From assembly GCF_026210795.1 (NCBI RefSeq), contig NC_089434.1:3162001-3226000 (forward strand): a stretch of 64,000 nucleotides of DNA. Reading direction: 5' to 3'. Positions within the stretch are counted from its first letter, which is position 1. Each line of letters starts with the position of its first letter. Positions 40,190-52,930 of the stretch are shown here, one piece after another. The position numbers were made by a program, and so were the translations under genes. The notes beneath the pieces are model-generated. The model was given only the letters and a program-made list of their open reading frames with translations. It made no database searches and had not been told where the DNA came from. This DNA is from Rhizophagus irregularis. Its lineage: Eukaryota.

Positions 40190-41562
40190 CGTCATACGTA
40201 GAAAACACACATGTGCAGCTGTCGAGTGAAATTTTTGCTCAGAGGGTATGATTCGTTTCAAATGTACCATTCTTAAAGATAAACGCTCCTTTTCTTCACA
40301 GCGCATTTACAGGACTCATCATACGGTAACAAAAAAGAAAAAAAGATCTATAAAAGTTGTGTTTATAGCTGAAAGAAAATAAAAACTTCGTATCGTTCCT
40401 TCCAAAAGTGACCTAAGGAAATTGAGAAGGAGTGGTATCCATTATCCAAGTCTTTCATAAGTGGCCCAAGGTACACACAATTAAACCAGAACTGACCAGC
40501 TGTAACAAATACGAAACATTTCCAATTCTTTAGACCAGCTAGTGTGAGACCCCATTTACTGGTAGAAAGTTGTTTGTTGTATATAAAGGCGGACTTTAAC
40601 ATCAAATGTCCAATATCACGGCATATGTTCTTGAAGCATCCGTTATCCTGCCATCAATATTGACTACAATCAACCAACTCAAGTAAGCTTCTATCCAATT
40701 TAAAATATTTTAAAACGAAACTAAAACAAATACTATTTCTAAAAGATAAACTAAAAATATTGGTAAACAAAAGAAAAAAAAAGAAAAAAATAAAAAGAAA
40801 AAATAATTCTGGGATTTATAAAGCCAATTTTTGTCTCTATCTTTTTTCCTTCGAGGTGTGTAGGCACAGTCAAAAATGAGATCCAAAACTTTTATCGAGG
40901 GTTGTTTAAAGAGAAACCAAATTTGGTTAGTTCTACAATATTGGTAAAAATATGGACTGAACGTTACACTGAAAAAGCTGGTAAAATTTCAAAAGCAGTT
41001 GTCCGTTCCGTAAGTTTTCCCAAAATGGAAGTTGTCTTTCAAATCATTTGTTGTTATTTGTAGGTGGGCCAGTAAGTTGCAGAAGATATCCAGAAACGCG
41101 TCTAGTTTATGACGCGATCTAATCCAAAATTTATTTGATGGTGACCTAATCGGGAGTCTAGTGACTTGACGAATAGGAAACGCCAGCAGGTGTTTATAAA
41201 CAGTGGGTGTCAAAAAAGGTGTAGAAGAAGGTAGAGGTGTATATTGATCATATCGTTCAAGTAGGCTAGTTAAAGTCTTCCAGAGATAGTCTTGTGTATG
41301 GTGCTTAAGTCGTTGTGGAGCTGTCTCATGCTTCTTGATAGCTTGTTCCAGTATCTTGAAGAAAGAGGATCTATTGGTATATAGAAAGTTGTTGTGGAGA
41401 AAATCCACAAAGTCTTTATTGTTAAGGAGGTCGTTAGTTGCTCTTTCCATATCCAAGGTTTCATTATTCTGCTTAAAAAGGGTAGCTTAAAACTGTCCAC
41501 ATTTTATTGTCGTCCTAAGCTTGCTTATTCTGGGTGATACGCCTCTCCAAACCATCTTAGTC
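40190..41562 (-). pseudogene. Multi-exon pseudogene or TE-gene relic of unknown family
   Basis: Coding-like patches with higher GC separated by intron-like tracts; the 155 aa frame extends upstream through in-frame TAA/TAG stops. Confidence 0.5.
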
Positions 41563-44500
41563 TAGAAACACCACAAAGAGAGGGAAAACGCATAAAGAAT
41601 AGGAAAAATAAAAAAATAAAAGAAAATTTCTAATACCACGGTAGGTTTTTTGCTGTTAAGTAGTTATTTGAAGTATATGAAATAAAATAAAAGTGTATTG
41701 ACTATAAGCGAAGTAAAGAAAAAATATTTTTGTTATCGAAAAAATATGGTCCAGACGTTTAGCAGAAAGAGTTTCCCTTAGTTATTATAATATCTGTTAT
41801 CTATAAATTAATCATTAAAATATTATTAAAAGAATTATTATTTTATGTTATTTTATAGCCAAATAGAATTATACTTTTTTCATCATGCTGATATTTTTTT
41901 ATTAAGTTATAAATAAACTACCATTGTATAATTATTATTGATATTTTTAACATTGTTTAATTAATAATTTATTGTATTTATAAAATAATCATTGGTGATT
42001 GCAGAATAACACAGTTTCGCAGTTCAGTAATATTCTAATCTCCTATCAAATAATTATTATATATTATTTAAATTATTTTAATATTATTCTTATTTAAAAA
42101 CTTTAATTTTATTTTATATTTTATTTATTTTTTCAAATTAGTTTTCATTAAATATTAAATTTAAAAAAAATTTATATATTAGACCATATAAATTAATTTT
42201 ATGATTTTTATAATATAAAAATTTTATTAATAACATAGTTAATTTTTTTTTCAAAAATTTTATATATAAAATTTTTTTTTTAATTTTTAAAAAATTTTTA
42301 CCTGATATAATAATAATATAAAAAAAATTTTTTTTAACTTATAAACAATTAATAAAAACTAATCCAACTGGAATATGAAAATTATTTTTACTACTTTATA
42401 TAATTATATCACCTTATTACTATACCAAGTAAAATTTTTTTTAATATTTAAACTAAATTTTATATAAAAAAAATAATTTATTACTTTTTTAATTTAATGT
42501 ATATTAGTCTATAGAAATATCACAAAATTTTTAGAAAAATTTTTGGTACTATGATTTTATAAAATAAACAATTAAATTTTATTGTTTATATTATAATTAG
42601 AATAATATCTCAGTCCAAAATTTTGAAATTAAAAAACAAAAATTTCAGGTTAAAGATAATATATATATATTATACAACATAACAAGTATATATTTTGATA
42701 TTTATTAAGTTCTTAAAAATATTTTTACACTCTTTAAAAATTGAAATTTCAGTTTAACCAGTTCAATCAACTTAAATATTGTCAATTCTTTTTTTATTTT
42801 TAGAAAATTGCTAAAGTTCACTAGCAGTATTGATCACCATACTAGCATTATAATGTACTTTCAACTAGAATTAAAAATCTAATAAAATACTGGCCGGCAT
42901 TATATTATAATTTTACCACCTGTAATATTTAGCAATACCCTTATTTTTATATAGTAAATTAATAGACATAAAAAAAAACTCATTTTTTTTGCTTTATTTT
43001 AAATATTTTATATGTATCTTTTATTTTAATATAATTTTAGTTTTAATAGTTAGGCATATTTATTAAATAAACAATTTCTTAATTCTGGCCAAACACTAGA
43101 AATTAGCCTTAATGGCAGTCAAAAATAAAATCTATATCATTAAAATAATTTCTTCAAATAAGTTTTGTGAAAAAGCATAAAAAAATAAAAATATTTGTAT
43201 AATTATTTTAAATTTTTAACATAGATCAGTGACATAAAGGTAAAAAATAAGTGTTTTTTAATTAATAATAATTCTTTTTTTTAATAATATAATTTTTTAA
43301 AAAAATATATAGTATTTAGTCTTAATAATCATTAAAGAAAAAAATTTTAATTTTAATATATTATATTAATATTGAGAATATTTAGTAATTAGTATATGTA
43401 TAATAGTTAGTGTATGTAAATATTATATAAATAAGTAATAGAATTAAATAACTTATGACTTACGATCGATTAAATAGTTAGTTTAAAATTATTATGTTAC
43501 AAAATAATTTACTAATGATCTGCAAGTGTTGTGACATTTCCGCTGACTGTATATTCACATAATATTCACATTAAATAATTATATTTTACAGTATATAAAA
43601 TAAAATAAATAAATCTATATTTAATATTTGCCTTTGGTTCAACTTTATTAATTATATTTAAATTTTTACAATGGAGTTCGATTTTTATTTTGGTGTAATT
43701 AATATTACTTCATATTTTGTAAACTGATAAAACTATCAAAATATTATGATAGTTAATAATGACTTACAAAATAAATAGTGTAAAGCTAAAAATTCAATAA
43801 TAATTACTAAATTAAGAATGTTGAACAACAATATTAAAAAAGAAAACAATGCCGTTTGACATAAAAGATATTTGCAATAATTTAACTTTAAATAACTCAT
43901 ATCATTTGATTAATACTAAAATTATTCATTAATCTTACGCTTACGAATGAATAAATAAATAAATAAATTTTATTAAATAATTTACTTTTTTGAATTTTTT
44001 TCTTTGTTACTAAAGAACGATTGTTTAAAAATTTTAATACGAGGTCTGTTCACCTATCCACTACTTGTCACAGTACCCAAGCGAGGGTAACACAATTCAT
44101 TTTCATTCATGTCTATAGATGGTTTTAAATTTACTTAATAGACGAAATTATATCTGAAATTATTTGAATTCTTTGACTAAAAATACATTAAACTGTGTAC
44201 ATGTTAAATCGGTGTAGATCATTAGCAAGTGGTTTTATATTCGATTGGCAAATCCGAAATTAATTTAAGGGCATTGTTCCAGCCGTGTGGTGCTAAAATT
44301 ACCAATCAAATTAAACAATATAAGAACGCCGATCACCACGTTTCCTTGTTTCCTATACATAGTCTTAAATAATAAATGGACAACGAAACATGTTAAAAAA
44401 CTAATTACCTTAACAAAGAAATAAATACATTTATGAAACCTTATTCTCCTTGTAAGATCGTAACTTATCTCACTTGCAATCATTTTTGAACGCCATTTCA

Positions 44501-44818
44501 AGCAACAAATAGTAACACACGGTTTCCTTATTGTTAAAACTCTTCTTTATTAAAACTAATAAAGAAACAATATGATAGATATAATTACTTTGTCTATCGA
44601 ATGATATAAAATGAATGTTAATTCGTGGGAAGCAGATTTCCTCACTTTTGAAAAAAAAAAAAAAGTCATAATTAATCCTATCCAAATAATTTAATCCCTG
44701 GTGGATTTTTCTCTTTTGAAATAAAGCATCCCACTTTTCATTCTTTTTAATAAAATCCCTTTACCTTTCAAATTAATTAAAAAATCTTTCTTTCTCAACT
44801 TCCATCAATAAAATAAAA

Positions 44819-45304
44819 ATGGTTAATACTTCGTGGATCTTATTAAACACGCTGCGCGTGCTCTCAATCTTCTCATTGATGCTAGTAATAGCAACATGTA
44901 TAATAGTAAATGTAAAAGGATTTCATGGCTTGGGCCGAAGTAATACAATATTCCAATTTTTCGTTCGATGCTTTATTGCTATAGAAGCATTGATCTTAAT
45001 ATTCACAGAATTGGGATGGCCAAAACGAATTTTCGCTTGGTTCCCAATGTTGGACTCATGGACTTTCTTCGGTTTCTTACAAATTTCAATGGGCTCACTT
45101 ATTCTTGGATATGATAGTGGAATAAATAGTCAAAATTTTTTGGGTCAAAGTTTATTCATTTTTATTGTTGTGCCTGGTTGGTTTGTATTTATAATTGGAA
45201 TAATTTATATGTTATGTGGTACTTTCGGTGGTAAATCCTTAAAAAATAAACGAGTAATTGGTAGAGGTTCTGAAAAATCTTCACCTCCTTCTTATACTGT
45301 ATAA
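44819..45304 (+). CDS. Small four-TM membrane protein of unknown function, intronless
   Basis: 161 aa with four hydrophobic segments, good ATG context and a pyrimidine-rich 5' flank. Confidence 0.75.
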   Translation: MVNTSWILLNTLRVLSIFSLMLVIATCIIVNVKGFHGLGRSNTIFQFFVRCFIAIEALILIFTELGWPKRIFAWFPMLDSWTFFGFLQISMGSLILGYDSGINSQNFLGQSLFIFIVVPGWFVFIIGIIYMLCGTFGGKSLKNKRVIGRGSEKSSPPSYTV

Positions 45305-46340
45305 CTAAATTAATTATTCGCCATTCGGTTTAAAAAAATTTGTATTCAGCGTGAAGATATTATGTAATTCATGTTTAAAATTATTTCTTTCTGACTTTAT
45401 AATACTTTATAGATTTTTCCTTAAAAAAAAGTGGATGTAAATTATAATAAAGAGAAAAATCAACCAAAAGGGTTTGATAATAGGATTAACTATTTTATCG
45501 TATTACAAAATGAAAATATAAATTGATATAAATTGTAAAAAATTAAAAAAAAAATATTATACCTACATTTTATCGCCGTTTTCAAAATAGTGTACGCAAT
45601 TTATTTGTGATTGTATATTCGAATACCAATATTCGCCCGGTTTTCGTCCGGTTTTCGGGTTTCTTTTTTTTTATTCAATTTAACTGAATACATCATTTTG
45701 AAAACGGCGATAAATTTTATATGCACTCACTCATTTTTTGGATGGACTACAGTCAAAAACCTTGATGTACCAATAACTGCATGTACGATAGATTTTCCAT
45801 GTCTCATTTCACAATTAATAAAGAATCTCATTGTATATTATTTCGCGTTGTAACATGTATTTGATACTTTTCTTTTGCCCCTTTTGACTGTAGATCTTTG
45901 AGACAATAATAATGATAATAGGTTGATATAAAACGTTTTTTAAAACGATTTGAAAATTGTTGCACTTTATATTATTCACCTAATATTGTTCCTTAATCAT
46001 TATTAAACATGTACAAAAGTCAATAGAGTTTCAATTGCTGTAAAAGGAAAATCAGGAATTTTTTTTTAAGTGATAAAAAATTGCGCGCCATCCTTGAGGA
46101 TTTGGAAGACAGGACATCGGTTCTGGAAGGATAGTCAGAAACAATATAATTTTATTCATCGGTTTCAAACTTTTAAGAAACGGATGATCACTATTGAAAT
46201 ATTGAAATACAATGCTTTAAACTCGATTGAGCCAATAAAAAATTCATCGATGGTCACGTGAGCGTGAAATTTTTGAATAAAATAGAAATTTCTTTTTACG
46301 CGTCTTTTTACATTAAAGCTATTAACTATTCTAATTCGCA

Positions 46341-46922
46341 ATGTACACGAACTCTGTGGTTCGTCCTTTGATTGACACCACAAAAAGAACAAGAGAAACT
46401 AAGAGCACATTGTTCTATGAAAGGGACAAAGTCCAAGGATTATGTGAAGAAATCAATCTTTTAAAGCAAGTAACTGAAGTGGTTAACGATAATAATGAAT
46501 ATTTGAATCAGGAAAAAAAATATGTTTATAATACTATTCAAAAAAAAAAATTGAATGTAATTCAATTATATCACTTTCAAAGAATTCAAAAAAACAAAGA
46601 TGCTGCAAGTAGAGAAACGCGTTTAACTCAAAATGAATTAAATAGATTATCTGATCGGGAACAATCATTTTATAAAAAATATGAGCAACTTATTCAAGAT
46701 TATAAAAGTAAATGTCCAGAATCTCTTTACATATCCAATGAATTACATGCTCCTAAAAGGCCTTATGTGGTCGTTCGGGTGATTGAAAATGTCGGAGAAG
46801 TGGTGACCAAGAATGGTATTATCGAATTGCTCAAAGGAAGTCAAACTATGGTTAGAGAAGCAGATTCAATAATTGCAAAACTGATAAAGATGGGTTACCT
46901 CAAAAAAATTGATAGTTATTAA
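46341..46922 (+). CDS. PSF1: GINS complex subunit Psf1-like, divergent and intronless
   Basis: MY..........KRT start, LSDREQSFYKKYEQLIQDYKS, B-domain APKRPYVVVRVIENVGEVVTKNG.IEL.KGSQ..VR...LIKMGYL. Confidence 0.78.
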   Translation: MYTNSVVRPLIDTTKRTRETKSTLFYERDKVQGLCEEINLLKQVTEVVNDNNEYLNQEKKYVYNTIQKKKLNVIQLYHFQRIQKNKDAASRETRLTQNELNRLSDREQSFYKKYEQLIQDYKSKCPESLYISNELHAPKRPYVVVRVIENVGEVVTKNGIIELLKGSQTMVREADSIIAKLIKMGYLKKIDSY

Positions 46923-47140
46923 TGAAGTGATACACCACTTATAGCGTTAAACTATATACTAAACTGGTTATTATTCTGTTCCCTGAATATTTTTTTTTTT
47001 TGGTTAATGTTAATATAATTAAATTCTATTCAATTTATAATTACGTATGCGAAATTATACTTATGTATTGTGTTATATAGATGTAATAGATATAATTTTT
47101 AACCGCAATAATTTATTTATGGTTGTTTTTGAATTTTATT

Positions 47141-48256
47141 TTAGATTTCTGATAACTTTCTCTTCTTCGTGTCTTTGTCTTTTTCTTTTCCTTTTTCTTT
47201 CTTCTTACTTGCGGTATCTTCTAAGTTGTCCTCAACCTCTGTATCATTATCATCGGAACCTCCACTATCGGAATCGCTTATTTCAACGTCCCTATAATAT
47301 AAAAAAAAGTAAAATGAGTATAAAATAAAGCTAATGCATAAAAAATAACATTTAGACGCTTACCACATTGACAATGAAGCAATGGTATTTTTTGAAGAGC
47401 CTATAGAAGCATCATTTTTTTTATTTATACCTGGCTTTTGGAGAGCTGATATATAAAGCATAAATTTATTAGTAAACTATCTTTATATAAAATAGAGATT
47501 GATTTAAAATGAATAATATAATATACCTTCGGCAACTGTGTTTTGTACCTTCTCCTTCATTTCTTCGCTAGCCTTTAAGTAAGCAGTGTCATCAAAACGA
47601 TGCTTTTTTGTTGAAGGTTCACGCAAACCTTCTTCAATTTTCTTTTTTACTTTTTCCCTTTGAGCACGTTGACGTTCTGGCTCTTGCTCAAGATGGTCAG
47701 CCAATCTATATGAAAAATCAGAATTTGGTAATAAGTTTTTTTTTTTAAAAAAAAAGAATTGGTAATAATATGAGTTGTAATAAATAAAGTACCTTCTAGC
47801 CTCATTAACGGTTCTTAATCTACGTCCATTCAAATCACGACATGCTTCAAAGTTAGTAGTTTTTTGGCTTGCCATCTTACCTCCTTGTGCTCTTAACATA
47901 GAACCAAAACCTCCTTTTCCACCAAGAATGCGAATTCTAAGGTTAACGTTTACAAACTCCTCATTTTCGAAAATAGGAGCATGATCGTTTAATAACTTTC
48001 CGGATGTTGTATAAAGATATTGATCCTTAGGTTCAAGCAAGAGTCGTTTATATACGACTTGTTTTATATCGAATATAGTTATGTGAGCATCTGTTGGAAA
48101 AGTCAAGCACATCGTTTTCTTGTCACTAAATAAAGTCACGATCACCGATCGGTACTTTTGTTCAGACTTTTCTTTAAAAACATTGTTTGAAAGATCGTCA
48201 AATGGAGAATACGAAAAGTTATATACAGGCTCAATAGGGAATAATGTAGTTGCCAT
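47141..48256 (-). CDS. SDE2: Sde2 (ubiquitin-fold precursor, splicing/replication-stress factor), multi-exon
   Basis: UBL followed by [19 protein letters not shown] and [19 protein letters not shown]. Confidence 0.93.
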
Positions 48257-48501
48257 AATTGAAATTATTTGTTTAAATCTGGTACTGATTATGAACAGTA
48301 CAAGTCAGAAATCGTAAGAAAACAAAAACACAAAAAGCAAGCCATTTGAACATGATCTGACAAATTATCTGTATTTTCACGTGATTTATACCTAAATTAA
48401 ACTATAACCAATTATCACCAAGTACGTGAAAAGTCATAATTAGATTATTTAAAAATTCAACCAACTTCTCTCTGGTTTATAACGATAAAAAAAATAAAAA
48501 A

Positions 48502-49546
48502 ATGAGACGTTCTTTTGTATACATCGTATTATTATCATGGCAATTTTTCGTGTTGCTATTATGTACAATAATATCAGCACAAGAATCTAGCGAGCGTAGT
48601 TTTGTTATAACTGATTTGAAATTAGCAGTTACAACGTCTGACTCCGTTAGAAAACTAACTGAAAGGTAACTGATTTTTTTTTTCTTGCTTTAAAACGTTA
48701 TTATTTTTTTCCAAAATTAACCTCTTTTTTTTACGTGACTAATATTTGAAAGTGTTGAATATCCATCTTCACTTGATAAACCGATTGAATTATCTCACGG
48801 AGATAATTTAAAAATTATTTTCTCCCTTCGTGACAAAGAGACCAAAAAAGGAATTCAACCTCATCAATCGATGATTATTTTAAGTTCTAAACAAACAGAA
48901 AATCAAATACCAATAATTGTAACAGTAAGAGATAATGGCAAAGCTCGCGCTGAGTTAAATATGTTAGATATACCCGAAAATCTTTTTTTAGGAAATTATT
49001 CTCTTAATCTTATAATTGGAACTTTTTCTCATAATAACCCAATTAATTATCAAATTGGAACTGTTAATATTGATGTTCCATATTTATCCCCTGTTCTCAT
49101 TAAATATGGTCCAAAACCCGAAATTCACCACATTTTTAGACCTGATCAAAAGTTACCTCCAACAATTATATCATATAGTTTTGTGATAATCGTATTATTG
49201 CCCTGGTTATTCTTAATTGGAGCGGTATGTATTTATTATTTAAAAACTTTTTGATTTCGATTTATTTATAAATAATCATTAATCTTATTCTTTTTATCAA
49301 AAAAAACAGTGGATACATCTTGGTGTCAATATTTCATTCTTGACAAGTGAACCTGGCTCACTTCCAGTTATAATTAGTTTCTTGTTTACATTATTGGCTA
49401 TTGAAATCTTATTTTATAATTATTGGACACATTTAAACATATTTCAAACATTATCATGGTTATCTGGATTAAGTATTTTGGCATTTCTCTCAGGTCAAAA
49501 AGCTCTAAGTGATGTGCAAGGATGGAGACTTAAAGGACTTAGATAA
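48502..49546 (+). CDS. SWP1: Oligosaccharyltransferase subunit Swp1/ribophorin II
   Basis: Signal peptide, QPHQ, YGPKPEIHHIFRPDQKLPP, three C-terminal TMs with YWTHLNIFQTL. Confidence 0.9.
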
Positions 49547-49815
49547 TTCGAATATTTAGATCTATTATAATGTAATTTAATTTTTTCTTGATGATTGATT
49601 AAAGAAACGAATCAGCTACCTGATATAATTCAAAAAGCCTTCTAGTATTTGTAACTATGCTTTGTATCAAGTGAAGATATTTCTTTAAGCAATTTTTTCA
49701 ATGTACCATAAATTTATAGAGTAAGCTATTGTGATGATTTTCGATAAAAAATCTCTTTATATATAAATGAATATTATAGAAATCACATAATTGTTTTTTT
49801 CAATTATTCAATACA

Positions 49816-52728
49816 CTATACTCTCTCATTTTCTTTTTCTTCATTTACGAGAAGTATCATCTCTTCAAGACAACGTTCAAGTAAATCTTGTGTTATGGGA
49901 TCAGCCGGACGAATTCCTAACGACTATTATTTTATCACGTAATATTAAATTATAAATAATAGTAAATATTTGACCTTTATTGTAAATGGGGATATGACTA
50001 AATGAAAAAATAATAAAACCTCGTGATAATACATAACCGCTTCTTCGTACTCTTCTTTCACGTGATAACAATATCCGATGGCCGTTAACGCGCTTGGGCT
50101 TGGCGGAGTCATGGTCGTAACTTTCTGAAAGTACGTAATTGCGGCGTCCAAATCTCTAATAAAAACATTTTGATATGATATGTTTTCAATTCGAAAGTGC
50201 TATAATATTAAAACGAAAAAATTACCCCATCTTTCTGAACGCATGTCCAAGGTTCATCCACGTAGTTTCCCATACTTGTGGTCTACATTTTGTCTCTTCT
50301 ACTAATATTAAAGCCCTTTTAAAATAATCGATAGCAGTTGCATTGTTTAATTTTTGATAATACATTACGCCCAATTCATTATAAACTAAAGGATCCCCTT
50401 CGCAAAGCTGAAGGCTAGTTGACAAATATTCATCCGCCGATAAAAGATTATTTGCTTGAAGATGCTGCATGCCGATAAAAAGATATGGGATATGCGAACT
50501 GAGATAATGAAAAGAAAGAAATTTTTATTTCTTCTAATCATGCTTCAAAAATTATAGCAAAAAAGTCGAATTAAAATTAAAAACATAATACCCTTCATAT
50601 AATTTTGCTGCTGTAGAGTACGCCGTTATGGCTTGGTCATGTTCAGATTCTACAGCGAACGAATGACCAAATCCTATCCATGCTGGCCCATAATGAGAAT
50701 CCATAGTCGATGCCTTGCTATAACAGACGTGTTAAATCACACTAAGATATAAGAGGCAACATATTTTTTTTTGCAAATACCTAAAATATCTCCTAGATTC
50801 ATCATTCTGTCCTATAAGATAATAATAACATCCAACTCCAAACCATGTTACGGGAATATCTGGGGAATGTTCTACGAGTTCGTGAGCTAATAAAAACAAT
50901 TTATTTTTTTCTCGTAATTCATGAAGACAAACAATATGAATTGGAAGACAAGCTGGATTGTGAGTGTCGAGTTCAAGAATTTTTGAAGTAATTTCAAGGC
51001 ATTCCTTGAATCTACATTGTGAATATAATTCTTCTGCGCGACTTAATAATACATCAATATTATTTGATAATCGCCATACTTCCTCTAATTCAGCTCGCGC
51101 CTCCTGAATTTCCGTAACATGATCATACTGTATAATAATACATTAATATGTTAATTAATTTTTAGGTCTGAAATATGTAAAAAATATGATTATTGAAATA
51201 CGATCCTGTAATACCTTTTGAAGCATTGATATATAGTTCATTCTTACGAATCTTGCTTCCTCACAATCCAGTTGTTCTTCATATTTTAATGAATTAATGA
51301 AGTCCCATTCTATTTTACAGTCAATAAAAAGTAATTAAAAACATAATATAGATAGAACGAAATTCATTCAAAAATAATTGCTAAATACCTTCTTTAACCG
51401 TCATCATATGATTACTTACTAATTCATGAAATGCCTATTTTTAATTAATTCCATAATAAAATAACAAATAAATCTACACTCAAATTAATTCCAATTGTAA
51501 ATACATTTTTCACGACTACCAACCTCATAACATTTTACATCTAATTCTAATGCTTCCTTAAAGCACTTTTTGGCACTGTCAAGATTAGCTTGTTGAGAGA
51601 GTGCATAGCCTCGTAGATAACATATGGATGCTTCAAGCTACATGTGTATGGAAAAATGATTATTAATAATTTATTATAAATATTGCAGTTTCGAAAGTAA
51701 TTGATTTTAATTTTATATAACCTGAATGCCTCCTTCCGTGTTTTTCACTAATGATCTATAACCTTTAGCCAAAATTCTAAACTCAATAAAAGAATTTTTA
51801 AAAATAAAAGATATATTATCAATTTTGACAAACCTCTATCAGCAAAAGTATTTTCTTCACCTAAAAGTTCTAACGCTTCCTGATATTTTTCTTGTTTGAT
51901 CTAATAGATAAAATAAATAAAAATGAGAAATAATTGGAATATGGGTGAATCTTATAATAATTATTCTAAGAAAAATAAAAAATAGACAATACATTTCTTC
52001 GCTGATCAACTTATGATCATTATTCATTTCATACTCACGCAACACTTTGCGGCTAAAAATCTACATGCGACACTAGTATCCATTAATTTCCAAATTAATT
52101 TTTGTGCTCTAACATATTGACCCATATTATAATATATTTGTGCTAGCCAAAATACATCATTTGAATCGCCTATAAATTAATCAAGTTTAAAAGCATTATT
52201 AATTGGAAATAAAATAAAGACTGTAGTAAAATTACCTGTGATGGTCACAACTTTATTCCCCCAAAACGCCGCAGTTTCATATAAATTCTTCAGATAAGCA
52301 TCATGTCTCCAATATCTTAGCTTATCTTCCATCTTAAGATTCGTACTACTAGACGAATTACTTCCCAAACTTGTTCTAGCATCATAATATGGAGAATGAG
52401 GAAGTGGATATTTAAAAGGTGGAGGTGGCGTAGCTATAAGACTTGGTGTAGCAGATGCACTATTATTACGAAGAAAAGAGCATGGTGTAGCAAGAGGATC
52501 TGGGAGTTGAGGAGGTACATTATTATTACTTGGGCGACGCGGAGGACTAGTCATCGGGTTTGTCACGAAAGTGCCGACTTCAGTAGAATTATTTGTGTCG
52601 TAATTTGTGTTATTTGCGTTCGAATTGCTGGGGTTGATAAGATTATTTATACTCATTGTCGCGGTTGTGGGAGTAGAATTACTATAATTATTGTTATTGT
52701 TGTTGTTGTCACTACTAGTGTTGTTCAT
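49816..52728 (-). CDS. CDC16: Anaphase-promoting complex subunit Cdc16/Cut9 (APC6), multi-exon
   Basis: LRYWRHDA...YETAAFWGNKV, WFGVGCYY, AWIGFGHSFA, DPLVYNELGV, NLGHAFRK TPRs; first ATG at 52728. Confidence 0.93.
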
Positions 52729-52930
52729 ATTCAAATTTGACAACTATTGGTATAAAAATCCGGAAAAGTTTTTCTTATGATCACTGATCAACATAATCCA
52801 AATTATGTTTATACAGATAACGATAATCTAAGATATTCAAATTTATTTCGTTATAAACTTATGAATGTTCGAAAAATATTATAAGAACTTTTTTAAACCT
52901 CCGCTTTGCATTATAATAAAATCGTGCAAA

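Noticed and set aside
40239..40322. ATGATGA...CTGA on the minus strand (snoRNA- or hammerhead-like)
   Set aside because: No terminal stem, recognisable guide or complete hammerhead core; better explained as decayed coding sequence
47706..47792. Stop-free 87-nt introns in SDE2 and RAD54 (56620-56706)
   Set aside because: A few such introns are expected by chance among the many introns here
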